64,000 bases of DNA from positions 32,614,001 through 32,678,000 of the forward strand of contig NC_045697.1 of NCBI RefSeq assembly GCF_009834535.1, read 5' to 3'. Below, piece after piece: positions 49,065-63,230 of this stretch (position 1 is the first letter of the stretch; every line of letters starts with the position of its first letter). The stretch is from Camelus ferus (Eukaryota). The notes beneath the pieces were generated by a model. The model did not search any database, had not been told where the DNA came from, and saw nothing but the letters and a program-made list of their open reading frames with translations. The position numbers and the translations under genes are program-made.

Positions 49065-49630
49065 GATAGAAAATTGTGGTATTCTGGAATCCAGATTAAG
49101 AAAGTGTATTAAAGATGAGAGTGATCAACAGTTTCAAATACTGCTGGTTAGTCAGATGAGATCAGTTTTGGTAGCATGGTGGGTAAGAAAGCCTAGTTGG
49201 AATAGGTTTATGAGAAATGAAAGAGAAAAACAGGAAATATGTATACAGACCACTTATTTGAGGAATTTTGCTGAGGAGATTACTACAGAAATGGAATAGC
49301 AGTTTATGGGCAAAAAGTGGAGAATGGAGTCAGGAGAAAATTCATTCATTTGAGGTGTGTTCATTTTAAGAGGGGGAAAAACCCACATACTTGTAAAATG
49401 ATAGGATGAATGTGGTAGAGTGTGAAAGATAATCATGTGGACTAAATCAGGGACAGTTTCTAGGGAAATGATCTTACGCAGGTAAGACAATATAAGGTCT
49501 ACTGCATGAACAAAGGGAGTGACAGCATATAAGTGCATATATATGTCATCTAAGGTAATTGGAGGAAAAGCTGAGGAAATCGGTGAACATTTGGAGAAAT
49601 GGATGGATGGGGGGAATCTGAAGATGTTCT
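49065..49630 (-). mobile_element. L2 LINE fragment
   Basis: GAGAGTGATCAACAGTTTCAAATACTGCTG, CAGTTTTGGTAGCATGGTGGG, GAGGAATTTTGCTG. Confidence 0.7.
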
Positions 49631-52546
49631 GAGTCAGTGACCAAGAGCTAAATTAGGCAATGTATTTGCAGACTGAGATCACATATAAAAACTACATTAA
49701 AGGACATAGATACTCCAAGGGCTAAAATAAACTTGCTTTCTCTCCTCCCACTACTCTTTCCAAATTCCAGAGGTGGCACAATATGAAATCACAGCAAATA
49801 AAAAGGTTTGAGTCTCTTTCTCCTTCCATCTCTTAACCTCCCCTAGTCACAATGAAGAGGTAAAAAAAAAAAAGAAAGCAAATTTGCCACATTAAGGATT
49901 TTTGCTAGATTAACTCAACCTGAACACAAAGAAGTGGGAAGGTGAAGAAAGGAGGTGTGGCAAACAGGCCACGGTAACAATTCCTACTAACAGCAAAGAG
50001 AGAGAACTGTGGAAGAACTGTGGGGAAGGCCAGACAAGCAACCTACGGTAAATGGCTAGTGAAATCTCCTGCCAAAACAGAAAAAAAAAATGGCTTCAGA
50101 AGAGTTATCTTAGTCATGTATGTTTATTGTCAAGTTTTAGATACAAGCCTACATTGTTTACTGACACTATTCCTAGTGTCATAGTGATATGAAGTCACAC
50201 CATCAGCTAAAAGGAATATATGTTTTTTTAAAATGTGAAAAATCAGCATCTCTGAAACTTCAGTGTCTTCATGGTCTCAACTTTCATTTTCTAGTGAAAT
50301 AAACAGAGATAAGGGTCAGAAATAGTGTACAACTTGAGTTTAAGAACTTGAGTCTCAGTGCCACTGTGTGACTATGGTCTATATAATTTCTAAATACCCT
50401 ACAGGTTCTAAATTAGTATAACATGATGGTGATTTTTTCATAATTTGAGTCTTGATACACATTTTATCTATGGTATTTATTTAGTTATCTACTGTTAATT
50501 ATTAATCTGCATATTTGAATTTCTGAAAGAGTTCAAGTACCTTGATGAATACACAATGTCTTTAATTTTTTTTCACAGTTCTGGTGCCTAGTATATTTCA
50601 TCATTTCTAGTAGAACTAAAACAAAATATTTTAAAATACAAGAACGGTGGCTTAGGACAGGAATTCGGGTTAATATTGTGCTTTTGAATGTACAAAGTTT
50701 CCCCTTTCTTTGTGAGAAAGTATTTGTAGTGTAAGTATTATCTTTCCAAATACATTGTCACTTGCTGGAATATTGTGATAATCAAACATACAAATTTATG
50801 GGGCTCACATAAATGGAGTCCTATAGGATGGGATAGTGCACAGTTTGCACATCCAAACATGGCACACAGGTTTGTGACATATATTCCCTATGCCATAGGG
50901 AAGAGGGAATACTGGTATACGTGACAAACATCCTGAATTTCCAAAAGTAACTGTAGAAGAAATGAATAGTCAGTATCTTTTCTAATACATTTGGAATACT
51001 CAGTGCATTTTAATTGATTTTTTACTTCTTTTTAAACATCAACTACCCTATTTTTACTCACTTCACATTAAAAATTTAAATTATCCTCTACTGTAATCAC
51101 TCAAAAAATTCTAAAGATGTCTTTAATATTTTCAGACTGCTATTTGATTCATATCATAAATAGCTATGCATCTTGAAGTATGAAAGAAAAACAATCTTGG
51201 GATTTAAATGAAGCACGTACTTAAAAAAAGTCTTCTGTCCAGTAGCTGTATTATAAACAGAGTTAACAAGTGAGTCCCAAGTAAAACACCCAGCCATAAT
51301 CACTGTGTATACACCAGTCTCCAGTGAGCTGTGTATTAATGTCTTTTTGGTAATTTCATGGCAGCTCTAGGCACAAATAAAAGTTTATTAAGATAGTAAG
51401 TAAATATTCCTGCATACTGATTGCTTTTTAAATTTTCCTATTCTGCTTTGGGAAATTAAGAAAGCCTATATTGTGATACAAAAAGATGACTGAATCAACA
51501 CATGGCGTCATTTTATTTAAGTTCTGCTTAACACAGCATAAAGCAAATAATCTACCTATATTTATATTCAGATTTATTTTCTGGGAAAAAAAACTATGAT
51601 AGGAATAAGGGTCTCTTTTGTCAGGTACTTTTATTTTATTTGCCTCTTAGTTTTATCTTTACTCTCTCCCTGCACAACTCCTCACCCTCTTCATGATGGT
51701 AATATCCTGGAAGATTTTTCTTCTTTCATGAAAAACAATCAAATAATGAAAGCAAATTAATCTTAAATTAAGAAATCTAAAAAAGTTATTTAATGTGAGC
51801 TTCCAGTATAGAAAATGTTTCTTTTACTGGACTAGAAAGGAAACATTTTTCCCCTCAGACAGACATCAATTTAACAGAATGTTAACTTTTATAAACATAA
51901 TTGATTTATATTCATAACCACATTATTGAGATGGTGGACAATTTTGCAAATGAACATGTAAGAATTAATGGCTACTATATCTGAAGGCTTATACCTTCAC
52001 TATCTATTCTCCATTATCCATGCAAAGGACACTTCTATACCTACTTTAGCTCTTTCCCTGGTACTTGGGTACATTTTCAGATCAAGATGAATATGTCAAG
52101 TTCTCTAAAGATGGAACTTTGTCAATAAGGAGTGCTCTTGTGAAACAGAGCGCAATGAAAAGTCCTAGCACAGTTTCAATCCAGATATGGGCTAAATTGT
52201 TGGTTTCATTTTCAAACCGGTGGTAAAATGGAAATTGCAGAAAAACTAGGCATTAATGGGTCTTGTGCAGTATACATTTTCCCACTAATAACTGTAAAGA
52301 TTTAAGGTATTTTAATTTATTGTGGATCAGAAAATTAGACTGGTCAGAATTTGTAAATTAGTTTATATCCCTTTTGATCAGGTATCAAAATGACAGAATC
52401 CTTAAAATACATTTGCATTCTAATTGATTTATGTGGAATATTAATTATTATGGGGAAGTTGTGACTAATAGCCTTTAAAAGGTCATTTTTTCAAATCCAA
52501 CAATTTGAATTTGGAATATAAATTCCAAATCTCTTGTATTGTCCCC

Positions 52547-53005
52547 TGTGAGAAGCAGAATAATGTCCTTCCCTCAAAGATGTACGCACCCTAACCCCTG
52601 CAACCTGTAAATGTGCCACCTTACATGGCAAAAGGGACTCTGAAGATGTAAGGAAGTGTACTGAACTTGAGATGGGAAGAATATACTGGATTATTCATGT
52701 GGACCCAATTTAATCATAAGAATTAAAAATAGAGAACATTTTTCAGGCTGTGGTCAGAAAGAGATGTGAGATTAAAGACAGATCAGAGAGGCACAACACT
52801 ATTGCCTTTCATGGTGGAAGAAGGGACCATGAGCCAAGGAATGTGGGGATCTAGAAAAGGCAAGGTAATGGAGTCTTACCTAGTGTCTTCAGAAAGGAAC
52901 ACAGACCTCTGACTCTGATTTTAGCCCAGTGAGGACCCTATCAGACTTCTGACCTCCAGAACTTTAAATAAATGGTGTTGTTTAAGCCCTGTGTTTCTGA
53001 TAATA
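52547..53005 (+). mobile_element. MaLR solo LTR (MLT1D-like)
   Basis: TGTGAGAAGCAGAATAATG...CAAAGATGT, CCTTACATGGCAAAAGGGACT, ATGAGCCAAGGAATGTGG, GACTTCTGACCTCCAGAACT. Confidence 0.85.
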
Positions 53006-53839
53006 TATCTCCTAAAGAGGAAGCATTTCTAAGAGTGAGTGTTGTCTCTTTTTCCTGGCATTTAAAAACATATCCTATACATTAAAAAAAAAAAACACAT
53101 ATAGATAGTCTGTGCTCTATTGATAAATTAAGAAGTTCTTATTTACATTTCAAAGTAGCCTTTTCCTCAGAATACCTTTAAATAAATAGTTCCTCTGAAT
53201 AATTTCAAACATAATATTATCTAGAATACAGTGTAGCTATGTGGACATTTTTTGTATCTCACTGGTTATATAGACGAAAATATACCAGTAATTTTGTATA
53301 CATGAGAGTCTGCTTATTCTTAGATATAATTCTCATGCACTAACTTTGTGTTGAACTGTATCTGTTAGATAGATGAAGGGTTAAATAATGAATGGATAAA
53401 CTGATGGAGGAATTCAATGAATGAATGAATGGATGGATCTTAGTTACACACTGTAATCATAACTAAAAAATATTTCCCTACTTTCTGACTCATCCTAGAA
53501 AGGCCCAGAAGATGTGTCTGACCATAGGATCTTTTACAAAATATAGTATCAAACAGCAATAGTCAGTAAATAAGTTTTGTGCTATAGTCACATTTCATTT
53601 GTTTCATTTGATCAAATTTATACTATATTACTCAAGTATGCTTACTTATTTTCTCTCTCTCTCCATATGTATGTATATGTAGGATAATTTTACAGTGCAA
53701 CATAAAGGATTATATATACAAGGACAGATCTAACAGTCCATTAATATCTGGATTAATGTTTATTATTATTGATATTTAAGATATAAACCATTATCCAGAA
53801 CATGACAAGAACCACTAAGTAGAGTCATATTTCAGAATA

Positions 53840-56800
53840 CAAAACCCTGATTAATTATATCTGTATATCTCTTTCTATTCTCTGTTTCATCTATTTCCAC
53901 CCTGATATTTATTATTTCCTTCCTTCTAAAAATTTGAGCTTCATTTGTTCTGCTTTTTCTAACTTTAGGTATGAAGTTATATTGTTTTGGGGGGATTTTT
54001 CTTTTTTCTTGAGGTAGGCCTATACCACAATGAAGTTCTCTCTTTGAACCACTTTTGCTGCACCCTAAATTCTGGTATATCATATTTCCGTTCTCATTTG
54101 TCTCTGGGCATTTTTTATTTCTCCTCTAATTTCTTTGATGACCCATTGGTTGTTCAGAAGCATGTTGTTTAACTTCTATGTTTTTTGGTTTTTCCTGGTT
54201 TTTTTTTTTTTTCCCCTTGTGATTGATTTCTAGTTTCATACATTTGTGGTCTCAGAAGATGCTTGATATAATTTTAACCTTATTGAGTCATTAAGATTTG
54301 TTTTGTGATCTAAAAAGTGATCTATCCTGAAGTGTGTTTCATGAGAACTGAAGATTGTGTATTCTGTTGCTTTTGGATGGAATGTTCTGTATGGATGTAA
54401 ATACAGATACAGATTAAGTTCATCTGATCTAATGTGTTGTCTAAGTCTGATGTTTCTGTATTGATTTTCGGTGTAGATGATCTACTCATTGATGTAAGTC
54501 GGTGTTAAAGTTCCCTGCTATTATTGTACTACTGACTACTTTTCCCTTTAGTTCCTTTAATATTTGCTTTATGTATCTTAGTGCTCTTTTGTTTGGTACA
54601 TATACATTTATAAATGTTATCTCTTCTTGCTGGGTTGACCATTTTATCATTACGTAATGCCCTTGTCTTTTTTTTTATAATCTTGTTTTAAAATCTATTT
54701 TGTCTGATACAAGTATAGCTACTCCAGCTTTCTTTTAATTTCTGTTTGCATAGATTATCTTTTTCTATCCTTTCATTTTCAGTCTGTGTGTGACCTTTTC
54801 TTCTGAAGTGCATCTGTTATAGGCAGCATATAGATGGGTCTTTTTTTTTATTCATTTAATCACTCTACATCTTTTGATTGGCAAATTCACTCCATATACA
54901 TTTAAACTAATTATTGATAGGTATGTACTTACTGCCATTTTGTTAACTATTTTCTGATGTTCTGTAGTTCTCTGTGCTCCTTGCTTCTCCTTCATTCTTC
55001 CATTGTGTTTTGGTGGTTTTCTTGGGTTCCTTCCAGATTCCTTCCACCTTCCTCATTTTCTTTCATGTATTTAATATAAGTTTTCTTTTTTTTTTCTTGT
55101 GGTTTCCATGAGGCTCACATATAACATTCTATATATGTAGTAACCAGTTTTAATTTGGTAGAATTTAAATTTGAACACATTTCAAAGTTTTATCTTCTTA
55201 CTCCCCCTAGTCACCATATTTTATACTTTGTGACACATTTCCCATTTTTTATATTATGCATCTCAAGTATTTATTGTAATTTCAATTATTTTTACTATTT
55301 TTTCTTTTAACCTTTATGATTGCTTTGTGACTAATCCACAACCTTTTAAATTTATCTTTTCTAATGATGTTTATACTGCTGTATGTTTTCTTACCACTAA
55401 TTAGTGCCATTTCCTTTCACCTTAATGAAGTCCCTTAAATATTTCTTGTAGGATAGGTTTAGTGGTGATGAATTCTGTGATCTATTGCTTATCAGCAAAC
55501 CACTTAATCTCTTCCTCAATTCTGAATGATAATCTTAATTGGCAAAAAATTCTTGGAAATGTTTTCCTTTCAGCACCTCAAGTATGTCATATCACTCCCT
55601 TCTGGTTGTAAATTTCCTACTGAAAAGTCTTCTAATAGCCTTAAGGTGTTTTCCTTGAATGTAATAAATTATTTTCTGTTGCTACTTTAGGATTCTCTCT
55701 TTAACTTTTACCATCTTAATTAGAGTATGTCTTGGTGTGTGTCTCTTTGGGTTCATATTATTCAGAACTCTCTGGGCTTCCTGGACCTGGATGTCTGTTT
55801 CTTTTCCCAGATTAGGGAAGTTTTCAGCCACTATTTCCTCAAATAATTTTTCTGGCCCTTTCTCTCTTTTTCTGGGACTCCTGTAATATGAAAGTTATTC
55901 CACTTGACGTTGTCCCAAAGATACCTTAGGGCATCTTCACTTTTTACAATTCTTTTTTTTTTTTTTTCATTTTGCTGCTCTGCCTGAGTGAGTTTCATTG
56001 TTTTGTCTTCCAGTTCACTGATTTGTTTTTCTACTTCATCCAGTCTGCTGTTGAACACATCTAGTGCATTTTTTAGTTCAGTTATAACTTTTGTTTGGTG
56101 CTTTTAAAATATTTTCTCTTTTTTGAAACTTTCACCGTGTTTATCCATTCTTCTCTTGAGTTTGGTGACCATCTTTAAACTCTTTATCAGGTAAATTGCT
56201 CATCTCTGTTCTTTGTTATTTTTCTGAATTTTGTCTTGGTCTTTCAATTGGAATATATTTCTCTATCTCCTCATATTGCCTAAATATCTGTGTTTGTTTT
56301 AATGTACTAGGTAAATCAGTTATCTCTCCCAGTCTTTAAGGAGTGGCCTTATTTACATGTCTTGTGGAGATCAGAAGTGGAATCCCACCAGATCATCAGG
56401 GCCAGGAACTCAAGGGGTGACCCCTATGTGGGCTGTGTGCACTCTTCTGTTGTGGCAGGGCTTCATTTGCTATGAGGTGTTGGTGGGAAGGGCTATTGCT
56501 TGGTCTACTGGGAGACTTGGCCAAGGTGTAGAGGTAGGCATGGCTCTCAGTGGGGCACACCCTTTGGTGCTAATAAGTTAGGTGGAGAATTCCAAAATGG
56601 TGCCCACCAGCACTGTCATTAGCAGAGTAGACTGAAATCACAAAAATGGCTCCTGGCAGTGTCTCAGTCTCCAGGGAGTGTCCCAACTGGTTTCTCTCTC
56701 TCTAGCAGATGCTTGGAGATTAATAAATGGGTCTTCTCCATCTGTAGTACATGCACTTTTCGAAATAGTGTTTTTGTGCTGGTTTTGGGGTCAAATGAGT

Positions 56801-57222
56801 CTGTACTTGAGCCCTTTAAGAGCAAATTTTCAGTTCCCTACAGTTCTTTAGTTTTCCTGGGTGTATTCTATTATTTTTCAAGGCTAGGTGTTTGGGGAGG
56901 CTTGTATCTACTCTGAAGAATCTAGCAGGTGGGGGTGCCTGATGTGGAGCTTGAATTCCTTACACCTCAGGGAAAATAACCATAACTTTGTGATCCTCCT
57001 GATTCTAGACTGCTATGGCTGGGGTGTGAATTTTTCCTTGAAGAGATCATATCTCTCCCTCTCCTATCCATCTCTGTGATGCCTATTTTTACCCTTTGTT
57101 GTAGATGCTTTCCCTCCAGATTTCAGGTCTCTTTCTAAGGGACTTATTTCATATGTAGTTGTAGATTGGCTATGTCCATGGGATCCATGGGGTGAGTTAA
57201 GGATCCTTCTACATCATCTTTA
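53840..57222 (-). mobile_element. Older L1, 5' half only (5' UTR, ORF1, endonuclease region of ORF2)
   Basis: ORF 55831..56058 (NSRLDEVEKQISELED...LWDNVKWNNFHITGVPE) is ORF1; ORF 53832..54083 is post-endonuclease ORF2; decayed start motif CATCATCTT near 57212; no adjoining 3' half. Confidence 0.85.
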
Positions 57223-60099
57223 ACCTGATCTCTAAAAATGCACTGTTTTCCACCTTAAAAGTTAGGATGTAGAATACCTTAAAATATTAATTACTGTTTC
57301 CCCACTGCCTGCCAGGAGGCTTCATGGCTATCAATGGCTATGGGTGATTTATATGTTTTCAGTGAATATGAAATAATTTGAATGTTGTCTATGCTAACTA
57401 TAACTAAGAAATTTTCAATTAGGGATGGAACAAAATCATGCACTAAAACTAAATATTAAAAAAACATACATTTCTTGACTTTGCTGTGTCTATGCCAAAC
57501 CTCCCCTCCGCTGGTGTGGGTAAAAAAAAATGACGTCAACTTAAAAAATAAAAATGATAATAAATAATAAAAGTATATTAATGAGGCACTGCACTTAGAA
57601 CTAAAGTTGACCAAAACCAAGTTAACACATGTTTATCAAGCCACCTCACTATCTTGATAAAAATATAGAATAAGCATAAAACTTAAATCAATCTTGAGCT
57701 AACAAATGTCATTGTCCCCATATTTCCCCTGGTCTCTCTCTAGGACAATTCCCACTAAATCCCATTTGTAGCATTTATTCTAATCATGCCAGTCTCCTCC
57801 TGGTCACCTGCTTATATACTGATACTCCACTGCTGTTGAAGTTTTTGTTGGTTTTACTCCATGCCAAAAGACTGCAGGAAGATGAAAATAAGTGCTCTCT
57901 CTCTCTACACATTTTTTAAACTTCTTCAGAAATAAAAGTACTATTTATAGGTTCTTTTATTTAAAACAGGGAGAGAATGTTTTTCATTTTTATAACTTAT
58001 ATGCACATGCACATATTTCCAAGTTAGATACAGTTACGTGAAAAGGTATGGGTTCAACTCTACTTTTCTTCTGTGAAAACAAGAATCAGACTCTATTCAT
58101 CTTTGAGTTTCTGCTGTTTAGAAGAGTGCTTTGCAGTGTGAAAAGCTGTAACTCTGTCAGATAAATGTGTAATATGTGTACACACTTAGCATAAGACCAT
58201 TGTTTCAATACTCTTAGTCACATTTATACAGCAGTCCTTTGAGATGGAAGAGTTAAATGTTCTGTGCCTCTATTCATTTTACTTCATAAATGTCTGCAAC
58301 TATATTATTTTTACAGATTTTTTTTTCTAGTGAAAATCTTTAAACTTTTACATTTACCATGCTACTACTACTCAGTTTCTAGACTCTTCTTTAATATGTT
58401 CCAGATGACATTTTTCACTTATGAAACCAAAAATTATGTACATTGACTAAATCTGAATGAATATCCCAACAAGCCCAGAATCTTTTGATTCTTTACCAAA
58501 GTTGTGTTTCCTTTATCAATAAAAACTATATAGAGATTCTGATCATTTATAATAGTTTTCTTCATTAATTGTCCTGAAATACTTGTGCACAATATTTAAT
58601 TTGGTATCCCAATTGCCTGAAGAAATTTTGCCAGATTATGACTGATAAAACCATTATCCTGCATTCTAAATAATCCCAAAGTAATAATTTGTAAGTAAAA
58701 GAGAACTCCAAGATGCTCTGACAATGAATCTGGTCAAGTCTATTCGATTTTGTTTTTTAATTCCGCAATATTCCATATCCTGGAGAACTATTCGTGCAGA
58801 TACAGTTGCTGATGCCGTGAGCAAAATTATTTCTTCTTCTTCGACTGTCTCAGCAGATATATTATTGTGTCTGGGAAAATAACCACTCTTCAGAATGCTG
58901 ACTCTGAGTTTTATTTCTTTGAATGTTTATAAATCACTTATTTGATTGTAATGGTTCATAAAATTCTAAACATAATTGAATATTAATCCCACAATGTAAG
59001 GGATAACTTAATATTTTTATGACTCATTTTATCTGTGTAATAGTTACCAGAAAAATACATAAGTAATATTGATCAAAATGTACCAAAATATTAGTGATAA
59101 AGAAATATTTTGTGCTGATCTCTTCCCTTCTGTTTTATGTTACTTCATATTATGTCTGCCCTTCAATAAGTCCTGCAAGTAATTCTCCAGCTGATTACCC
59201 TTACTGCTTGAGTACTTACTTTATTATATAATTCCCTATTATAAATGACACATATCTCCATTTGGGAATAATTTTATTCATCAGCTAATGGACCATTACC
59301 TCTGGCACATGTTACTAGCAAAGCCGAATTTAGGCACTGGCGTTCCTTTGTTTTCATTTTATTTCTTAGCATTTTACAGCCCTTGGTCCTTAGAGACTGT
59401 CTCCACCTTCCCTTTTCTCTTATTTCATACAACAAGACCCAGGGAAAGGAGAGTGTGATTTTGCAGAAGACTGACAGAATCTGCTCTGACTTCTTCAGTT
59501 GTCAAGGTTGCCCACTGAGCAAACTACAGCCAGTGTTTTTCAGGGTTGGATTCTTCATGGTGCATTCATTTTAAATATTCAATGGGCAATACTATTTCTC
59601 TCCTCGCCACCTTCTTATAACATTCTGACCCCTACTGATGAGTTATCAAAAACCTTGAAAGTAATCACTAGAATGATACTTCTTCAGTAATTAAAATTCA
59701 CTTTTCATTAGAGTAAAGTGTTCAGAAAGCAATTCAATTAAGCCAGATCCTGTATTAAAATAGTCTTTTTTTTTTTCACCAAGAAAATATCCTTTGTTCT
59801 TATTCCATGGTTCTTTAATTATTGTACTCTTTAGTGATTTGCTTCAAGACATTTTAGGCATTAAATTCCTTTGTGCGGATTTGAAATTCTTGCACCATAA
59901 TTTATTAGGGAGGCATGCTTTTACCTTTAATAGGTCAAAGAATCAGATTCCTAGTTAAAAATCTCATTTTAGGTTTCTTTTAGTGGAATAGATCTAGAAA
60001 ATCATGCTATCTGAATGACTGTCACTCACTGATATTTCACTAGGAAGACTTTTTTGTTTTTAAATGATTAATTAAAGTGATAAGGCCTTGTGTATAGGA

Positions 60100-60725
60100 C
60101 AAAAAAAAAACCCCATCCATTTCCTATTAAAAAAGTCATTCTATACCATTTGGAGATAAATCTGTAAATAAGTCATTTTTAAATTATATGAAACTATCAA
60201 AGTATGTCCAAAACATCACAGAATCACAGGAGAAAGACTAAGAGTATAAGACACGGAATCTAAGTCTCATGCTTCTCAGAGTAATGAATTTTTAATTGGG
60301 TACTGAAAACTAGTAGGTGAAAATATGTAACTGACTCTTACTGGAAAGTCTAGAGTAAATTCAATAATCATCAGTGCAAAGGTGGTTAGAAAGTTATAGA
60401 AATACAACAGAGGCAAAATTTGGGTGTTTTAGGTGCAAATAGCAGAGTTTTAGTTGAGATCTTGTGGAACATCAATTTTTTTTAAATTTTGGATGAAAAA
60501 ACAGGGACAGAGAAGGCTAAGGTATGATAAAAGAGATGAGGGAATATTTAATAGAAAAGTATCAAAAGCCACCGAATGTTGGGAGGGTGGGAGGCATATA
60601 GTGACGGAGGATGTGCTTTGCTGTGCCAATGGATGTGGGAAATTAAAGTCTGAAAAAATCTTAGGAAGTGTAGCAATGAGAAGTTCATTATAACCTTAAC
60701 TAATAAACATTTTAAGTAAAGTACA
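60100..60725 (-). mobile_element. L2 fragments (very decayed)
   Basis: GTAGCAATGAGAAGTTCATTATAACCTTAAC and related antisense L2 motifs. Confidence 0.4.
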
Positions 60726-61099
60726 ATTCAGATTTCTATGAAATATCTAGCCTTTCAAGTCTTGAGTTTTACAGGTGACTTCTTTTGATTTTCCTTCTGT
60801 TTCACGATGACAGTAACTACTGTCCGTGGTCACTGATTGTTCATGGTGGACACATAAATGGACACTTCTGCATAGTCTATGGTTTCATGCCATGGGGGCC
60901 ATTGGTAATACACATGATGTGGGTTAAGCAGATATTTTTTTCAGAATAAAAATCTCTATCCTTGTATTGGTTTACATTATTATCTCTTCATTACAGAGAA
61001 TGTCTGCTACTCATAACTGTTCACTATATACTCTCCCCTGTTCTCCTTTAACAGTAGCCTAGCTCTTAAAAATTTCATACTATTCCTTTACATAATTAA

Positions 61100-62620
61100 A
61101 AAATAGATTTTACTATCGATCCTTTATATTTATACCTAAACATTCATATTAAGATAAAATTTAGTTAAGCTTATCTTACCTCTATATTTGAATTGCATTT
61201 GTAATGTGACACATTTCTGTAACACTAATGGTTAGATAAAAGAGTATATGTATTTTAAGTGTACTGACAGTTACACAGTTCAAATAATTTATATTTACAC
61301 CAGTAAGTATAAGGGATTCAATTTCTCCACCTCACCAGCCTGCTTATTTTCATTACCTTTAAAATTTTACTAATGGGATAAATGTTCTGTCATTGTTTTA
61401 ACTGCACATTTAAAAAATTCATACTGTGATTTATTCTTATTGAATGAACACTTTATTCTTCTTCTTTTGTATAATGCCTGTTTCTATTTTGTATTGATTT
61501 ATAAGTTACTTATGTTTTATGGATATTAATTATTTAGATCATGATTCACAAAATTTTTTTCCAAATTGTCTTTTATTTATTTATTTATTCTTTATTTTAT
61601 TATTTATTTATTTTTATTGATTTATAATCATTTTACAATGTTGTGTCAAATTCCAGTGTAGAGCACAATTTTTCAGTTATACATAAACATATATATATTG
61701 TCACATTTTTTTCTCTGTGAGCTACCCTAAGATATTGTGTATATTTCCCTGTGCTATACAGTATAATCTTGTTTATCTATTCTACAATTTTGAAATCCCG
61801 TCTATCCCTTCCCACCCCCTACCCCTTTGGCAACCACAAGTTTGTCATTGAAATTTTATTTCTTGTTTTTTTTTAGTAGTATTTGCATTTTTATGTAAGA
61901 CATATATCAGTTTTTTAGCTTTTCTACTTCTTGTTTACTTCTTTTCACTAATACTATATATATATATATTTAAACTACATATTTAATCTTCTGGTACTTC
62001 TTTAAAGATTCTTTTATATTCATATTTTAAATCCATCAGACATTTTAAAGTCCAACAGCATTTTAGTACTCCATAAAATGAGGCAGTGATACATTTGTAA
62101 TATTAATTTATGATGTAGATATATTATAAAAACTTGCCTCATTTACATTTCCACATGGACTCTGTCTTGCTTCTAGACTTTATTTCAATTTATTATTCTG
62201 ATTGTGTATCTTTGATGCTATAATAATTGTATTTTGATTATCATTCATATGGAATGTGTTTTAATGTTTGAAAAAACACTTCATAAATTTCAGTAACTAT
62301 AGAATTGGAATTTTGTCTAATATAGGTATTCTACCATGTTAATTAAGGGAAAAATAAATAGGAATATCTTTGTTATTGATGTATAGTAAGTTTTACAGAT
62401 ATATACTTTTACTGTATTTACTATATGACTTATAATTGCATTCTTCTGCCATTTTCCAATTTATTTTGCTTTTCCTCAATAACTTTTATAGTTTTTACCA
62501 TAGGCAACTTATTTTTTTACTAGATATTTCATATATTGTTTATATTACACATTAAATTTTATTTCTATTGCACTTCAAACCAATTGCTAGTGACAAATAG
62601 AAAAGCTATTTCATCTACAG
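61100..62620 (-). mobile_element. Very old L1 (L1ME-like) fragment
   Basis: TTTACACCAGTAAGTATAAGGGATTCAATTTCTCCAC, CATTGTTTTAACTGCA, ATGGATATTAAT, CATTTCCACATGGACTCTGTC. Confidence 0.55.
61571..61845 (-). mobile_element. Young L1 3' UTR fragment with (TTTA)n tail
   Basis: Reverse complement is near-identical to the 3' UTRs at 19700-19940 and 47120-47355. Confidence 0.93.
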
Positions 62621-63230
62621 TACTATGGCATAGAGAAAGGACTGTTTTCTGCCTTGTTATGCATTTCTCTCTATTAGCTCTTATCTCTCAGCAGTGCCCA
62701 AGATTAGGACGCATTCCCATTGAAGAGTTCAATCTGGGACTTGAAATTCTCACTCTTCTTTTGAAACAGAAAGCAGAAGTACTATACAGAGAGAGTGAGA
62801 CCAAACTGTAAAGTCAGATGTATGACTCAGTAATGGGAATCATTATTTTTTTTAATTTCAAGTGATACAAAAATACAAAGTATCAATATTTGTGTGTATA
62901 TATGGAAGGATGTATGTGTGTGTGTTTCTGTGTGTGTATATGTGTGCAATATTGGGTATAAAAAATAAACAAACTGTCTTGCTAGTTGACCTTTCACATA
63001 TTCTTGTAGGTAATTTTCAGGGTTTCTGTAAATATTTCCTTATAAGGATTCAGACACTCAATAAATATTTATTGAATAAAAATAATAATGAAAAATAAAG
63101 TTTTATCTTTTTATAAGTTCCACATCATAATCAACAAATATTTATTGGTCTATTGAAGAAGAGTTTCTGTGATTTACATGAAGTAAGTCTAAAGAGTTGG
63201 CTGAATATATGCACTAAACAATGGAGCTTA

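Noticed and set aside
51802..51849. Overlapping inverted repeats (AAAATGTTTC...GAAACATTTT)
   Set aside because: Short and AT-rich; expected by chance in 64 kb.
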